Shown here one piece after another: positions 41,188 to 51,871 of a DNA stretch of 64,000 bases (positions are counted from its first letter, which is position 1; the number at the start of each line of letters is the position of its first letter). The notes under the pieces are model-generated. The model saw only the letters and a list, made by a program, of their open reading frames with translations. It did not search any database and had not been told where the DNA came from. The translations under genes and the position numbers were made by a program. Origin of the DNA: an uncultured Acidobacteriota bacterium (GTDB lineage: Bacteria > Acidobacteriota > UBA6911); assembly GCA_963827655.1 (NCBI GenBank), contig CAWHCF010000032.1:32001-96000 (forward strand), given 5' to 3'.

Positions 41188-42888
41188 TCACTTTGCCGCG
41201 GGCCCTTGCGCGCTGGATTGTTCCGGCGGAGCGCCGGGAGCCGCAATACCAAGCGCCCAGCAGATGCCGTTGAGCAGGAGCTTTCGAAACGCGGCGTTGC
41301 CGAAATCGTCGGGATGTCCAAACGAAGTATAGAAGACACGCGACTGGCCGCTGCGCGGTGAATTCGTCCATGCCACCGGCTCCGGTTCCTGGCCGGAGAT
41401 CGACCCGATGAGAAGCGGTGTCGTGGAACCTGCAAGAGGAGTGACCCGGTAAAGCGACCCGTTGCCCGCGAGCTGCCTCAAGTCCAACCCCCGCAGGATC
41501 GGGTGCTTCTCTGCTCCGGGGGCGGCAGCCGTCGTGACCTTGGGCCCGCCGCCGTGATGACCGATGTAGTGTCCGCCCAGCACTTCCGGATCGAAGGCCG
41601 GCCAGGTGGCCGCGCCGCTTGGGAGGGGTGCGCTCCCGTCTCGCAAGGCAAAGGCGTGACTCGCGGTGCGGATGCCGACGAGCGGTTTGCCCGCGGCCAG
41701 ATGCGCGCGGATTGCATCGAGCTGTTCCTTCGGCGGCGTGCGACGCCGGATGCTGATGAGCACGAGATCGGCGCGAGCCACCGCCTGGGCCAGACCGGGA
41801 AAGGTATTTTTGTCGGACGGATCGGCCTGCACGAAACGAACCTGGAAGCCGTGTGGCTCCAGCTGCTGCCGGGCAAACACGGGCAGCGTGACGTCGGTCT
41901 TGTACTCGTCCTCACCGATCACCATCAGGATCGAACGCCGGTCGTTCTTGAATTGAAACGGGTCGCCACCGAGAAAATCGACGCTGGTAATGGTCGGGCA
42001 GACAAACTTCTCGATGTGCTCGACGATCAGGTCAGTGCCGGCGAAGTGGGTCACGTACGGCCAGCGTTCGGGATTGTACATGGTATCGGTCATGTCGCGC
42101 ATGAGCACTACGTTCTTGCCGTTCTTGGCCATCTGCCGCAGGCCGAACGGGCGACCGAGCACGCACATGTTGGTGTGTACGCCCAGGAGGATCACGTTCT
42201 TGATACGCCGGTGTTCGAGCAGGTTCCAGATCTCGACGCCCGAGTCGCTGATTGCGTCCTGGTCGTGAATCTTCAAAAGATCAATCTGGGCCTTCCACGG
42301 TGATTTCGGATTGCGTCCCATGCCGGCCAGCCGCTGGTGCCACTGCTCGTGCTCGACCAAATCGTCATCCTCTCCGCCGTCCGACTGGTCGATCGGATAT
42401 TTCCCCTTTTCCTCCGATGGGATCTGCCGGCACCACTCGCCGATGTCCGCGGGCAGGTTCGCGGCGCGCGGGGCCTCCTGCGCCCTCTTGCGCCCCGGGT
42501 GGTCCTTGTACGGATCCATGCAACTCGACGGCGCGTGTACGATAAGCACACCCCGGCTGCGGGCGTTCTCCAGCACCTGGTTCATGCGCGGGCCCATTTC
42601 TTCGGCGCGGCGCACGGCATTCAAGCAGTGATGAGCGTCCCACATGTCACATACGATGATGGCCGTTTCACTTGGGTTCCACTGCTCGGCCTTCTCGCGG
42701 ATCGTGTAGGCGCCCTGGGGCGTCGCCTCGCGAAAGCGCTTGTGAATCGTGACCGGGGCTCCACTGCTCGATTGGGCACGAACGAAGTCATACACGATCG
42801 CCAATGTTAATACGGCAGAACACCCTGCGGCGCAAAGTATTCGCCTTACCGGAAGCCCTGACAGAAAACGAGGAGAGGTGAAAATCAT
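41188..42888 (-). CDS. Isochorismatase-like + ThuA-like fusion protein
   Basis: IIVCDMWD, GVHTNMCV; GKPLVGIRTASHAF, EPVAWT, RVFYTSFGH. Confidence 0.85.
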   Translation of the reverse strand: MIFTSPRFLSGLPVRRILCAAGCSAVLTLAIVYDFVRAQSSSGAPVTIHKRFREATPQGAYTIREKAEQWNPSETAIIVCDMWDAHHCLNAVRRAEEMGPRMNQVLENARSRGVLIVHAPSSCMDPYKDHPGRKRAQEAPRAANLPADIGEWCRQIPSEEKGKYPIDQSDGGEDDDLVEHEQWHQRLAGMGRNPKSPWKAQIDLLKIHDQDAISDSGVEIWNLLEHRRIKNVILLGVHTNMCVLGRPFGLRQMAKNGKNVVLMRDMTDTMYNPERWPYVTHFAGTDLIVEHIEKFVCPTITSVDFLGGDPFQFKNDRRSILMVIGEDEYKTDVTLPVFARQQLEPHGFQVRFVQADPSDKNTFPGLAQAVARADLVLISIRRRTPPKEQLDAIRAHLAAGKPLVGIRTASHAFALRDGSAPLPSGAATWPAFDPEVLGGHYIGHHGGGPKVTTAAAPGAEKHPILRGLDLRQLAGNGSLYRVTPLAGSTTPLLIGSISGQEPEPVAWTNSPRSGQSRVFYTSFGHPDDFGNAAFRKLLLNGICWALGIAAPGAPPEQSSAQGPAAK

Positions 42889-43024
42889 GTCGGTCGCTCC
42901 TTTTGAGAAAGCACCAGGTGGAACGCCTGGAACTTGGCTAAAACCGGAGTTTCCACCCTTCGATGCCCAAGGGCAACTGTTTTCTGTTCGAAGAATCAGG
43001 TTCTCGGTGTTTCTTCGAGTCTTA

Positions 43025-43255
43025 GGGCTCGCGCAAAAATAACTTCACATTCTGGCGCGCGAGTCGGTGGTCAATCATGAATCGATTTTATTAGCTACGC
43101 ACGCTGGGATCGCGCCCCTTCGGGCTGCGGCCCGCAGGCCCGCTGGCTTTGTTGCTCGCTCCTCACGTACCGCACCGGGTACGCATCGTCGCTCGCGCCT
43201 CGCCAGCGGGTCTGGGGGCCTGCAGCAGAATGCGAACTTATTTCTGCGCGAACCC
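43025..43255 (+). mobile_element. MITE copy 1 (231 bp)
   Basis: TIRs GGGCTCGCGCAAAAATAACTTCACATTCTG / CAGAATGCGAACTTATTTCTGCGCGAACCC; TTA on both sides. Confidence 0.9.
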
Positions 43256-43355
43256 TTAGTGTCCTGGAGGTTGGTTTTTGTTCGCCGCACTAACCGCAAT
43301 TGCGAAATGCTGCAGCTTTCCCTTAGAATGCCGGTTCCGGCTGGAGGGGACAGTC

Positions 43356-45299
43356 ATGCGGAAAGCAATCCTGTCAGTTGCTCTGCTGTGCGTGGTAGCG
43401 GGTTGGGCGCGAGCGGCCGTGGTGCGGGTCGACGCGAAAGAGGAGCCCGCCGGGCCTTACACAAAGATCACGGGCAAGGTTTACTTCGCGGTCGATGCCA
43501 GGCTAGCGGCCAACCGCATCATCACCGACATCGATTATGGTCCGCGAAACGAGAAGGGACTGGTGGAGTTCTCGGCGGATCTCTACATGCTCCGGCCCGC
43601 CAAACACAACGGCACGATTTTCTTCGAAGTGTCAAACCGCGGGCGGAAGGGGATGTTGGGGACCTTCAACCTGAGAGACGCCGGGGCCTCTTCGGATCCG
43701 CGGACGGCGGCTGAGTTCGGAGACAACTTTCTACTGGAGCAGGGATTCACGCTGCTGTGGCTGGGATGGCAGTGGGATGTCCCGCCGGACCCGCCCGGGC
43801 TGATGCGGTTTTACGCGCCCTCTGCCAAGGGCATCAAGGGCGTGGTGCGATCCGATTACGTCCCTGACGAGAAGATCAACCGGTTCTACGTGGCGGACCG
43901 GACCCATATTGCCTACCCGGTGGCCGACCCGGCGAGCGTCCGGATGACCGTGCGTGATCGCGCCGACGGCCCGCGCCGCGAGATTCCGCCCAGCCAGTGG
44001 CGGCTCGAAGAAGATCGCACTCATATCTATATGGAGAGCGGGTTTGAGCCGGGCCGGATCTACGAAGTGACCTACACCGGACAAGACCCTGCGCTGGCCG
44101 GCCTGGGTCCCGCGGGCATTCGGGACTACATCTCGTACCTGAAGGACAAGGAAGGGTACCAGCATGCCATTGCGATCGGTTCCTCGCAGAGCGGGCGATT
44201 TCTGCGCAAGTTCCTCTACGACGGATTCAACGCCAGCGAGCAGGGCAAGAAGGTGTTTGACGGAATCTGGGCGCACGTCTCGGGCGGCGGGCGCGGCAGC
44301 TTCAATCACCGGTTCGCGCAGCCCTCGCGTGACGCGCGCCCCTTCTTCAATTTTCTCTATCCTACCGACATCTTTCCTTTCACGCTTCAGACGCAGACCG
44401 ATCCCGAGACCGGCCTGACGGATGGTCTGCTGATCCGCGCCGAGAAGGCCGGCGTCGTGCCCAGGATGTTCTTCAGCCACTCGTCGTACGAGTACTATGG
44501 TCGGTCCGCGTCGCTGATTCACACGACCATCGACGGCAAGCGCGACCTGCCGCCGCCGCCGAACGCGCGGATCTACTTTATCGCCGGGGCGCAGCACGGG
44601 CCCGGCCAGTTCCCGCCGCGTCGCAACGGGACGCAGAATCCGGCCAACGCAAACGACTTCCGCTGGGCGATGCGGGCGCTTCTGGTCGCGATGCACCGGT
44701 GGGTAGCGGCCGGCGTCGAGCCGCCGGCCTCGCAGTACCCGCAGATCGCCGACAAAAAACTGGTCCCGCTCGCTGCCCTGCAGTTTCCCAAGATCCCGGG
44801 AGTGGCATTTCCCATCCGGATGCACAAGGCGTACCGCGTGGATTACGGGCCGGAATTTCTCGGCAAAGGAATTATCGCGAACGAGCCGCCCAAGGTCGGC
44901 AACGCGTTCCCGATGTTCGTGCCGCAGGTGAACGCCGAGGACGGCAACGAAACCTCAGGAATCCGGCTGCCGGTCATTCAGGCGCCGCTTGGGACATACA
45001 TGGGATGGAATCTCCGCGATCCCAAGATCGGGGCGCCGGACGAACTTTTCAGCATGGTGGGGTCGTACCTCCAGTTCCCGGGCACCAGAGCCGAGAGGCA
45101 GAAGAGCGGCGATCCTCGGAAGTCGATCGAGGAGTTGTATCAGAACCGCGACGACTACCTTCAGAAAATCACGGCGTCGGCGCGGAGCCTGGCGAAGAGC
45201 GGGTATGTACTGGAGCGGGATATCCCGAAGATCGTCGAAAAGGCGGCGGCGCAGTGGGACCACACGATGGGCACGGCCGGCCGCACGGCAGCCCGGTAG
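43356..45299 (+). CDS. Secreted alpha/beta-hydrolase-fold protein (GxSQSG family)
   Basis: Signal peptide, EVSNRG, GWQWD, GSSQSGRFLR, GAQH, DGNE.SGIRLP. Confidence 0.8.
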   Translation: MRKAILSVALLCVVAGWARAAVVRVDAKEEPAGPYTKITGKVYFAVDARLAANRIITDIDYGPRNEKGLVEFSADLYMLRPAKHNGTIFFEVSNRGRKGMLGTFNLRDAGASSDPRTAAEFGDNFLLEQGFTLLWLGWQWDVPPDPPGLMRFYAPSAKGIKGVVRSDYVPDEKINRFYVADRTHIAYPVADPASVRMTVRDRADGPRREIPPSQWRLEEDRTHIYMESGFEPGRIYEVTYTGQDPALAGLGPAGIRDYISYLKDKEGYQHAIAIGSSQSGRFLRKFLYDGFNASEQGKKVFDGIWAHVSGGGRGSFNHRFAQPSRDARPFFNFLYPTDIFPFTLQTQTDPETGLTDGLLIRAEKAGVVPRMFFSHSSYEYYGRSASLIHTTIDGKRDLPPPPNARIYFIAGAQHGPGQFPPRRNGTQNPANANDFRWAMRALLVAMHRWVAAGVEPPASQYPQIADKKLVPLAALQFPKIPGVAFPIRMHKAYRVDYGPEFLGKGIIANEPPKVGNAFPMFVPQVNAEDGNETSGIRLPVIQAPLGTYMGWNLRDPKIGAPDELFSMVGSYLQFPGTRAERQKSGDPRKSIEELYQNRDDYLQKITASARSLAKSGYVLERDIPKIVEKAAAQWDHTMGTAGRTAAR

Positions 45300-45384
45300 C
45301 CGTGACGGACCCCAAATCAACCTCTAAGACACGAAGACACGAAGAAACTCTACGAAGCTTGAACGCCAGCAGGTGCGCAGACCA

Positions 45385-46606
45385 TCAGCGAGACAGGAGT
45401 TCTGCAATTTTGTTGGTCAACTCGGTCAATTGAGACCAGCCGTCGCGATTGGCCATGACCGCCACGGCTACGCCTGATTGAGGCAGCGACATGAGGAGCG
45501 TGCTCGTGCCGTTCTGCCCGCCCCCATGCGATAGCATCTGCTTTCCGTTCAGCGTGCCGACGCTGATGCCCATTCCGTAGTAGTTCGCGCCCGTGTCAGG
45601 TCCGGGCTGACCAAGCAAGGATAGGCCGCGCAATCATTTGATTGCGTGTCTCCGCTCTCACGATCTTGCCATCGTTGAATGCCAGCACGAAGCGGACGAG
45701 GTCGGCTGCCGTGGACAGGTGGCCGCCGGCCGGCAGGTTCTCGCTGACGTCGCGGAACGGCGTGCGCATCAACTTGCCATTGGGATCCTTGCTGTAGCCG
45801 GCGGTTCTGTGAGGAGTGATCGCGAATGCATCGTCCTCGGTGATGTCCTGCATGTGCGCGGGTCGAAAGACCAGGTTTCGCATGAGCTCGCGATACGGGA
45901 CTCCCGCCGCGCCTTGCAGCACACAACCCAATAGCCGGTAACCGTGCGATGTGTAGTTGAATCGAGCGCCGGGCTGAAAGAGCAATGGATCGTCTTTGAA
46001 CGTGTCCAGCGGCTTGATCACGTCCGTGTAGCGAATGACCTGTCCCGCCGCCTCGCGACGCCTGGCCTCTTCGAGCTTGCGGCGCTCGGCGTCCGTGCTC
46101 GGATTCTCGCGATTCGCGCCATGATAGTGGCGGACTCCACCAAGGTGGCTGAGCAGGTGACGCGACGCAAGCGGCCACTGTTTTTCGGGATACTGCGGAC
46201 AGTAGCGCTGCACCGGCGCATCCAGGTCAAGCTTGCCATCCTCGACCAGCCGCAGGGCAGCCGATGCGGTGAGCCACTTCGAGATCGATGCAGTCCGGTA
46301 CAGGGTTTCGGCCGTCGCCGGGACATTGTTCTCCACGTCCGCCAGACCGTATCCATCGCTCCAAACCAGCTTTCCAGCTTTGGCGACCGCGACCGAGACT
46401 CCCCCCACAACGTCCTTGGACATTGCCGAAGTCACCAGAGCGTTAATGGCCTCGATCTGTTGCTCCGACAATCCTTCCTGCGTCTGCGCGCGAGGTTGCG
46501 CGGCAAGGGTGATGGTCAGAAAGAGCAGCACCAGCCGCGCCGCCAGCCGGACAGGCGCGCGCGTCGATCTCGTAACACTCGATGAAATGGCATTTCGGCG
46601 TGTCAT
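45385..46606 (-). CDS. Serine hydrolase (beta-lactamase class C / PBP-like); frameshift near 45630
   Basis: ASISK (SxxK), LLSHLGG, FNYTSHGY, PAGG; HGGG is in the downstream frame. Confidence 0.88.
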
Positions 46607-46801
46607 CTTCTTGCCTCCGTTCGTAGCTTGGTGCCTGCCCTTCTCTTTGAGTGTTAAATCCAACAGGTTGGCCATACTATAGCGACGAATCTAACAATGA
46701 TATACCCCGGAGCTGCGTGACCCCTCATCATCTCTACACGCGGCCCGGCGAAACCCAGTCGCTCGGCCGCGAAAGCAAACGCGCGACTGTCGAGGAGAAC
46801 C

Positions 46802-47206
46802 GTGCCCAAGACGCATGTCAATCCCAATACGCTTTTCCCCAGCCTCCCACACGGCTTTTCCCAGATTGTTACATCGCAGGGCGGGAAAACAGTTTACCTC
46901 TCCGGCCAGACCGCCTGGGATGCCGAAAAGCGAATCGTCGGGGGCCGGGATCTAGCCGCCCAGGCAAGGCAGGCATTGCGAAACGTTCAGGCTGCCATGG
47001 AAGCCGTGCGGGGTGGAATTGAAGATGTCGTTTCCCTCCGCATCTACCTGGTGAATTATAAGCCTGCAGATGCGGCGGCAATCAGCGCCGTACTGAAGGA
47101 GTTCTTTCCTTCGGAGAGGGCGCCGGCCAGCACCTGGATTGGAGTGTCATCGCTGGCAGTCGCCGATTTTCTGATAGAGATAGAGGCGATTGCGGTGGTG
47201 GAATGA
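46802..47206 (+). CDS. RidA/YjgF family protein
   Basis: VYLSGQ, QARQALRN, PASTWIGVSSL...LIEIEAIA. Confidence 0.9.
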   Translation: MPKTHVNPNTLFPSLPHGFSQIVTSQGGKTVYLSGQTAWDAEKRIVGGRDLAAQARQALRNVQAAMEAVRGGIEDVVSLRIYLVNYKPADAAAISAVLKEFFPSERAPASTWIGVSSLAVADFLIEIEAIAVVE

Positions 47207-47342
47207 TACGAAGTCTCTCGACCGCGCCGGGCCCTTGAGGCATCATCGTCAACCGTCGAGACGCCGATGCTCCGTTTCATCTCGAGCAGCTAGCCTGATC
47301 CTGCTCGAAAACATGCAACCTGATTCGTTCTGAAGGAAAGCT

Positions 47343-48126
47343 ATGGAATGGCTTGCGGATCCTAAGATCTGGATTGCACTCCTGACCCTGACCGTGCTGG
47401 AAATCGTTCTGGGTGTGGATAACATCATCTTCATATCAATCCTGGCCGGAAAGCTTCGCGCCGACCAGCAGCGTCCGGGCACGCCGGCTGGGGCTGGCGC
47501 TCGCGATGTTCATGCGCATCGCCCTCCTGGCTTCGATTGCGTGGATCGTCCGGCTGACGGCGCCACTTTTTGAAGTTCTCGGCCAGGAGATATCGGGCCG
47601 CGACCTTATCCTGATCCTGGGGGGCCTCTTCCTGATCGCCAAGAGCACGCACGAGATTCATGACAAGCTCGAAGGCGAAGAGGGGCACTCGTCGGCCACG
47701 GTACGAAGTTCCTTCACGGGCGTCATCGTGCAGATTCTTCTCCTGGACATCGTCTTCTCGCTCGATTCGGTCATCACGGCAATCGGAATGGCTGAAGACC
47801 TCTGGGTCATGATCGCGGCCGTGGTGATTGCCGTCGGCGTAATGATGCTCTCCGCGGGAACTATCGGCGACTTCGTCGAACGACATCCGACGGTCAAGGT
47901 CCTTGCTCTCAGTTTCCTGCTTCTGATCGGGCTGGCACTGCTGGCCGACGGATTCGACCGGCACATACCCAAGGGGTACATTTATTTTGCGATGGGATTT
48001 TCGGTCTTCGTCGAGATGATCAACTTGAAGATGCACAGCCGGAAGCCCAAACCCGTTCACCTGCGCAGCGCCTACGTGGAGGAGGAAAATGCATCCGGTG
48101 AAGCCGAGGGCGATACTTGCGCATGA
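47343..48126 (+). CDS. TerC family membrane protein; frameshift near 47475
   Basis: [53 protein letters not shown]. Confidence 0.92.
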
Positions 48127-48172
48127 AACCAGCGGTTGACCTCACGAGCATGGCGGAACACCCCGCGCCTTA

Positions 48173-48405
48173 GGGCTCGCGCAGAAATAACTTCACATTC
48201 TGGCGCGAAAGCCGGCGGTCAATCATGAACCGGTTTCTGTTCGCTAAGCACGCTGAGGATCGCGCCCCTTCGGGCTGCGGCCCGCAGGCCCGCTGGCTTT
48301 GTTGCTCGCTCCTCACGTACCGCACCGGGTACGCATCGTCGCTCGCGCCTCGCCAGCAGGCCTGGGGGCCTGCAGCAGAACGCGAACTTATTTCTGCGCG
48401 AACCC
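48173..48405 (+). mobile_element. MITE copy 2 (233 bp)
   Basis: Same TIRs and internal sequence as copy 1; TTA on both sides. Confidence 0.9.
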
Positions 48406-48446
48406 TTAGGTCGCTCTCCGCGGCTCGAGGCTCCTGTGCGCGAGTC

Positions 48447-50390
48447 TTACGCGGAAGCCTTCTCCTGCGCTGTCAGCTGCTGCAGATTGTCGGGAATCCA
48501 GAAGGTGAAGACCGTCCCTCTTCCGAGCTCGCTTTCAACCTGGATATCCCCTCGGTGGCTCTGCAGGATGTAGTAGCTGGCAAAGAGGCCGGTAGTCATC
48601 CTCACGCTTGGGCCTGCCGTGGTAAATCCGGGATCGAACAGACGGCTCATACTCTCGGGAGGAATTCCTTTCCCGTCGTCGGAAATCCGGATGTAGACCC
48701 GGCCGTCGCGGGCATAGGTCTGGATCTCGATGCATCCCTCTTCGCGGACTGCCTGTGCCGCATTCTTCACCAGATTCATGAAGACCTGGTTCAACTCGCC
48801 GGGATAGCAATAGACGTCAGGGATCGCTCCATAGTCCTCGACGACCTTCACACCCCTCTTAAGCTCATGCTGCAGCAGGGCCAGAGTGCTCTCCATGTCC
48901 TCGTTGAGATTTGCCAGCTGAAGCGCCGCCCCGTCGAGGCGTACGAACTTTTTTATACCCTGGATGATGGTTTCGAGACGTCCGGCCCCCGCCGCAAGAG
49001 TGAGATTCGTGTTCTTCAGTATTTGCAGGGGCCCCTCCAGCTCTCCCCTGCCCCCCAAGCTCTCCGGCAGCGAAGCGGAATCCAGGATTCCCAGGACCTT
49101 TTCGATCCCGCGGTTCAGCAGGTCCGCAGAGCTCTTGATCGCGCCCAGGGGGGTGTTGATTTCGTGGACGATGCCAGCGACGAGGTCGCCGAGCGCGCTC
49201 ATCTTTCCGGCCTGGATCAACTGAGCTTGCGTGACGTTGAGGTTCTTGAGAGCTTCCTCGAGATCCGCGTTCTTTGCCCGCAGCTCCACATTGGTGAGCC
49301 GGAAGATCTCGGCTTCGCGCCGGGAGACCTCGACCTGGTACAGAGACTGCAGGTTTTTGAGCTGTTTGTCAGTGTCCTCGTGGAAAACCTCACTCTCAAC
49401 CCGGTGAAACTCCTCGAGATGAAACAGAGCGCGCTCGAACTCCCCGAGACGCTTGTAGATGTTGGAGAGAAGATGGTGGGCGCGGCAGACCTTGGGCTTG
49501 GCGAGGATCTGGGTGGATAGCTGGAGGGCACGCTCGGCCGCCGCCCGAGCCTCCTCATGCCGGTTCTGCTTGAGCCAGAGATCGGCCAGGTCGAGGAGCG
49601 TCGTAGTCTCGCCCGGAACGTATCCCGCATCTCTTCGCAGCGCGAGGCTCTGATCATAATATCGGGCCGCTTCGTCGAACCGGGCAAGGCTTTGATAGAT
49701 GCGCCCGATGTCGTTGATAGTCTTGGCTTCCCCGAGACGGTCGCCCGTCGAGCGGTGGATCGCCAGGCTGGCGAACTCGAACTCGAGCGCCCCTTCCCAG
49801 TCGTTCAGGGCGTTGAGGGCATTGCCGATGCCGTTGAGGGCGCGGGCTTCCCCCTCTCGGTCCCCGAGGCCTCGGAACAGGTCTCGGGCCTTGAGGAAGC
49901 ACTCCTGCGACTCGCGGTAATCCTTCCAGTCGTAGTGGAACGTGCCGAGGGTATGCAGGGCCCAGGCCTTTCCTTCCTCGTCCGGGATCGCTTCGAAGCC
50001 GGCCAGCGTTTTCAAGGCGAGATCCAGCCCACGCTTGAAATCGCCGAATCCCCAGTAGATGTGAGCGAGGGCCAGGTTGACGATGGCTTCGCCCCTTCGG
50101 TCGTCGTGCGCCTCGAACCACGCGAGCGCTTCCAGTTGCAAGCGCATCGCCTGCTCCACCTCCGATCGCATGTAGTGGAGCAGGCCGAGGTTCTTGCGCG
50201 CGTGGGCGAGGCCGCCGCCGTATTCGAGTTCCTCGGCGTCGGCGAGGCTCTCGCGCGTTAGCTCACCGGCGCGCGCAGGGTTGGTGGCCCAGATCTCCCA
50301 GGCGATTTGGTTGAGAAGATCGATCCTCTCCCTGGATTTTTCAGGCGCTGCCTCCAGCCGAGCCTCCAGGGTTGCCAGCTTGTCGGTCAT
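48447..50390 (-). CDS. Cytoplasmic TPR-repeat sensor histidine kinase (orphan)
   Basis: About 7 TPRs; H-box GIVHEINTP, N-box NQVFMNLVKNA, G1 DDGKGI, FDPGFTT, G2 degenerate (TTGLF). Confidence 0.9.
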   Translation of the reverse strand: MTDKLATLEARLEAAPEKSRERIDLLNQIAWEIWATNPARAGELTRESLADAEELEYGGGLAHARKNLGLLHYMRSEVEQAMRLQLEALAWFEAHDDRRGEAIVNLALAHIYWGFGDFKRGLDLALKTLAGFEAIPDEEGKAWALHTLGTFHYDWKDYRESQECFLKARDLFRGLGDREGEARALNGIGNALNALNDWEGALEFEFASLAIHRSTGDRLGEAKTINDIGRIYQSLARFDEAARYYDQSLALRRDAGYVPGETTTLLDLADLWLKQNRHEEARAAAERALQLSTQILAKPKVCRAHHLLSNIYKRLGEFERALFHLEEFHRVESEVFHEDTDKQLKNLQSLYQVEVSRREAEIFRLTNVELRAKNADLEEALKNLNVTQAQLIQAGKMSALGDLVAGIVHEINTPLGAIKSSADLLNRGIEKVLGILDSASLPESLGGRGELEGPLQILKNTNLTLAAGAGRLETIIQGIKKFVRLDGAALQLANLNEDMESTLALLQHELKRGVKVVEDYGAIPDVYCYPGELNQVFMNLVKNAAQAVREEGCIEIQTYARDGRVYIRISDDGKGIPPESMSRLFDPGFTTAGPSVRMTTGLFASYYILQSHRGDIQVESELGRGTVFTFWIPDNLQQLTAQEKASA

Positions 50391-50602
50391 ATGCTATTTC
50401 CCTGCGGCAAGAGTGGGATGGACGTTTCTCTCCGGCGATTTGGCCTGCGGACCGGCGTCCACGAAACCTGGACGGGACTCACCCGAGGTGGCGGCCGGGG
50501 CCGAATTGCTCAAAGATTGAAGTTCAGTAGAGATTCGGACCAGACGAATTTCGAACCGAGGCGCTATCGGCTTGACTCGCCTGCTTCCGGAGATTGCGCT
50601 TA

Positions 50603-50835
50603 GGGTTCGCGCAGAAATAAGTTCGCATTCTGCTGCAGGCCCCCAGGCCTGCTGGCGAGGCGCGAGCGACGATGCGTACCCGGTGCGGTACGTGAGGAGC
50701 GAGCAACAAAGCCAGCGGGCCTGCGGGCCGCAGCCCGAAGGGGCGCGATCCTCAGCCTGCTTAGCGAACAGCAACCGGTTCATGATTGACTACCGACTCT
50801 CGCGCCAGAATGTGAAGTTATTTCTGCGCGAGCCC
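50603..50835 (-). mobile_element. MITE copy 3 (233 bp, inverted)
   Basis: Reverse complement of copy 2 with a few substitutions; TTA on both sides. Confidence 0.9.
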
Positions 50836-50992
50836 TTAGGTCAACCGCACTAACCACTCCGAAGCCCCCCGTTTCTATGAATCATACACCAGGCGCTGCG
50901 CCGGGGCAGAATTCGCTGAGGACCCGTGATACCGGTGGCTTGGAAATGCCCGGATGGGGCCGCAGTTTCGAGTGCCGGCCGATCGTAGACGG

Positions 50993-51871
50993 TCAGTGAG
51001 GCTGCCGTGGTCTCGGTTGCCCCACGGATTTTGCGGCCGGTTTCCTGGCAATGACCAGGAGGATGTCGAAGAGGTTGAGATAAATGGGAAAGTCCAGGCG
51101 CCCGCCGAGTGTCGCGAGCTGGTAGAGCCATCGAGTCTTCTTGTCCGGCAGCGCAAAGAGTCCGTACATCATGGCCCGAAAGCCGCGGGAGTATCCGGCG
51201 CAGGAAACGCTTTCAACCTGAAGACCTGCTTGCGCCAGAGCCTTGCCCAGCGTCGCCGCGGAGAAATAATAGAGATGCGTGGGTGGATGGATCTGGCGCC
51301 AGCGCTCCCCGCGGAGCCGGGCGAGCCGGCTTTCAATGTCCCCGGTTGTCAGGAGAAGCACTCCGCCCGGCTTGAGCCAGGTCGCCGCCTTCTGGAGGGT
51401 CAGGATGGGATGGGGAAGATGCTCGATCGTGTCCCACAAGCAGATCACGTCCCAGCTCTCAGGCTCGTCAGGCAACGTGAGGAAGTCCTCCCGGAGAGCG
51501 TTCACGCCGATGACCTGTCGGGCATGATGGACGCCGGCGGCGGTGACGTCGATCCCTTTGACCTCCCAGTATTCTCTTGCCAGCTCCAGGAAGAAGCCGT
51601 AGGCGCACCCGAGCTCGAGCAAGCGGCCGGACGGCGCCAGGCGATGAAGTAGTTTGATATGTCTCCGGAAATTCCGCTGAATGATCTTCTTGTCACCGCG
51701 GTAGTCCAGGTACTCACCACCGGAGAAGTATTCATCGCTGTAGAGATCGGCCGGCGGAGTGTTGCCCTCATAGAACACGAGCCCGCAGCCGGGACATTTG
51801 ACGATGTCTTTGCCGGGGAACCAGCGGAGCATCGGTGAGGCATGTCCGCACAGGGCACAGGCGGGCTTCAA
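50993..51871 (-). CDS. Class I SAM-dependent methyltransferase with N-terminal Zn-binding motif
   Basis: CALC...CPGC; LLELGCAYG; WDTIEHL; LKPGG. Confidence 0.88.
   Translation of the reverse strand: MKPACALCGHASPMLRWFPGKDIVKCPGCGLVFYEGNTPPADLYSDEYFSGGEYLDYRGDKKIIQRNFRRHIKLLHRLAPSGRLLELGCAYGFFLELAREYWEVKGIDVTAAGVHHARQVIGVNALREDFLTLPDEPESWDVICLWDTIEHLPHPILTLQKAATWLKPGGVLLLTTGDIESRLARLRGERWRQIHPPTHLYYFSAATLGKALAQAGLQVESVSCAGYSRGFRAMMYGLFALPDKKTRWLYQLATLGGRLDFPIYLNLFDILLVIARKPAAKSVGQPRPRQPH

Noticed and set aside
48225-48405. Similar peptides MNRFLFAKHAEDRAPSGCGPQARW in several ORFs as a protein family
   Set aside because: They are translations of the MITE interior, not independent genes
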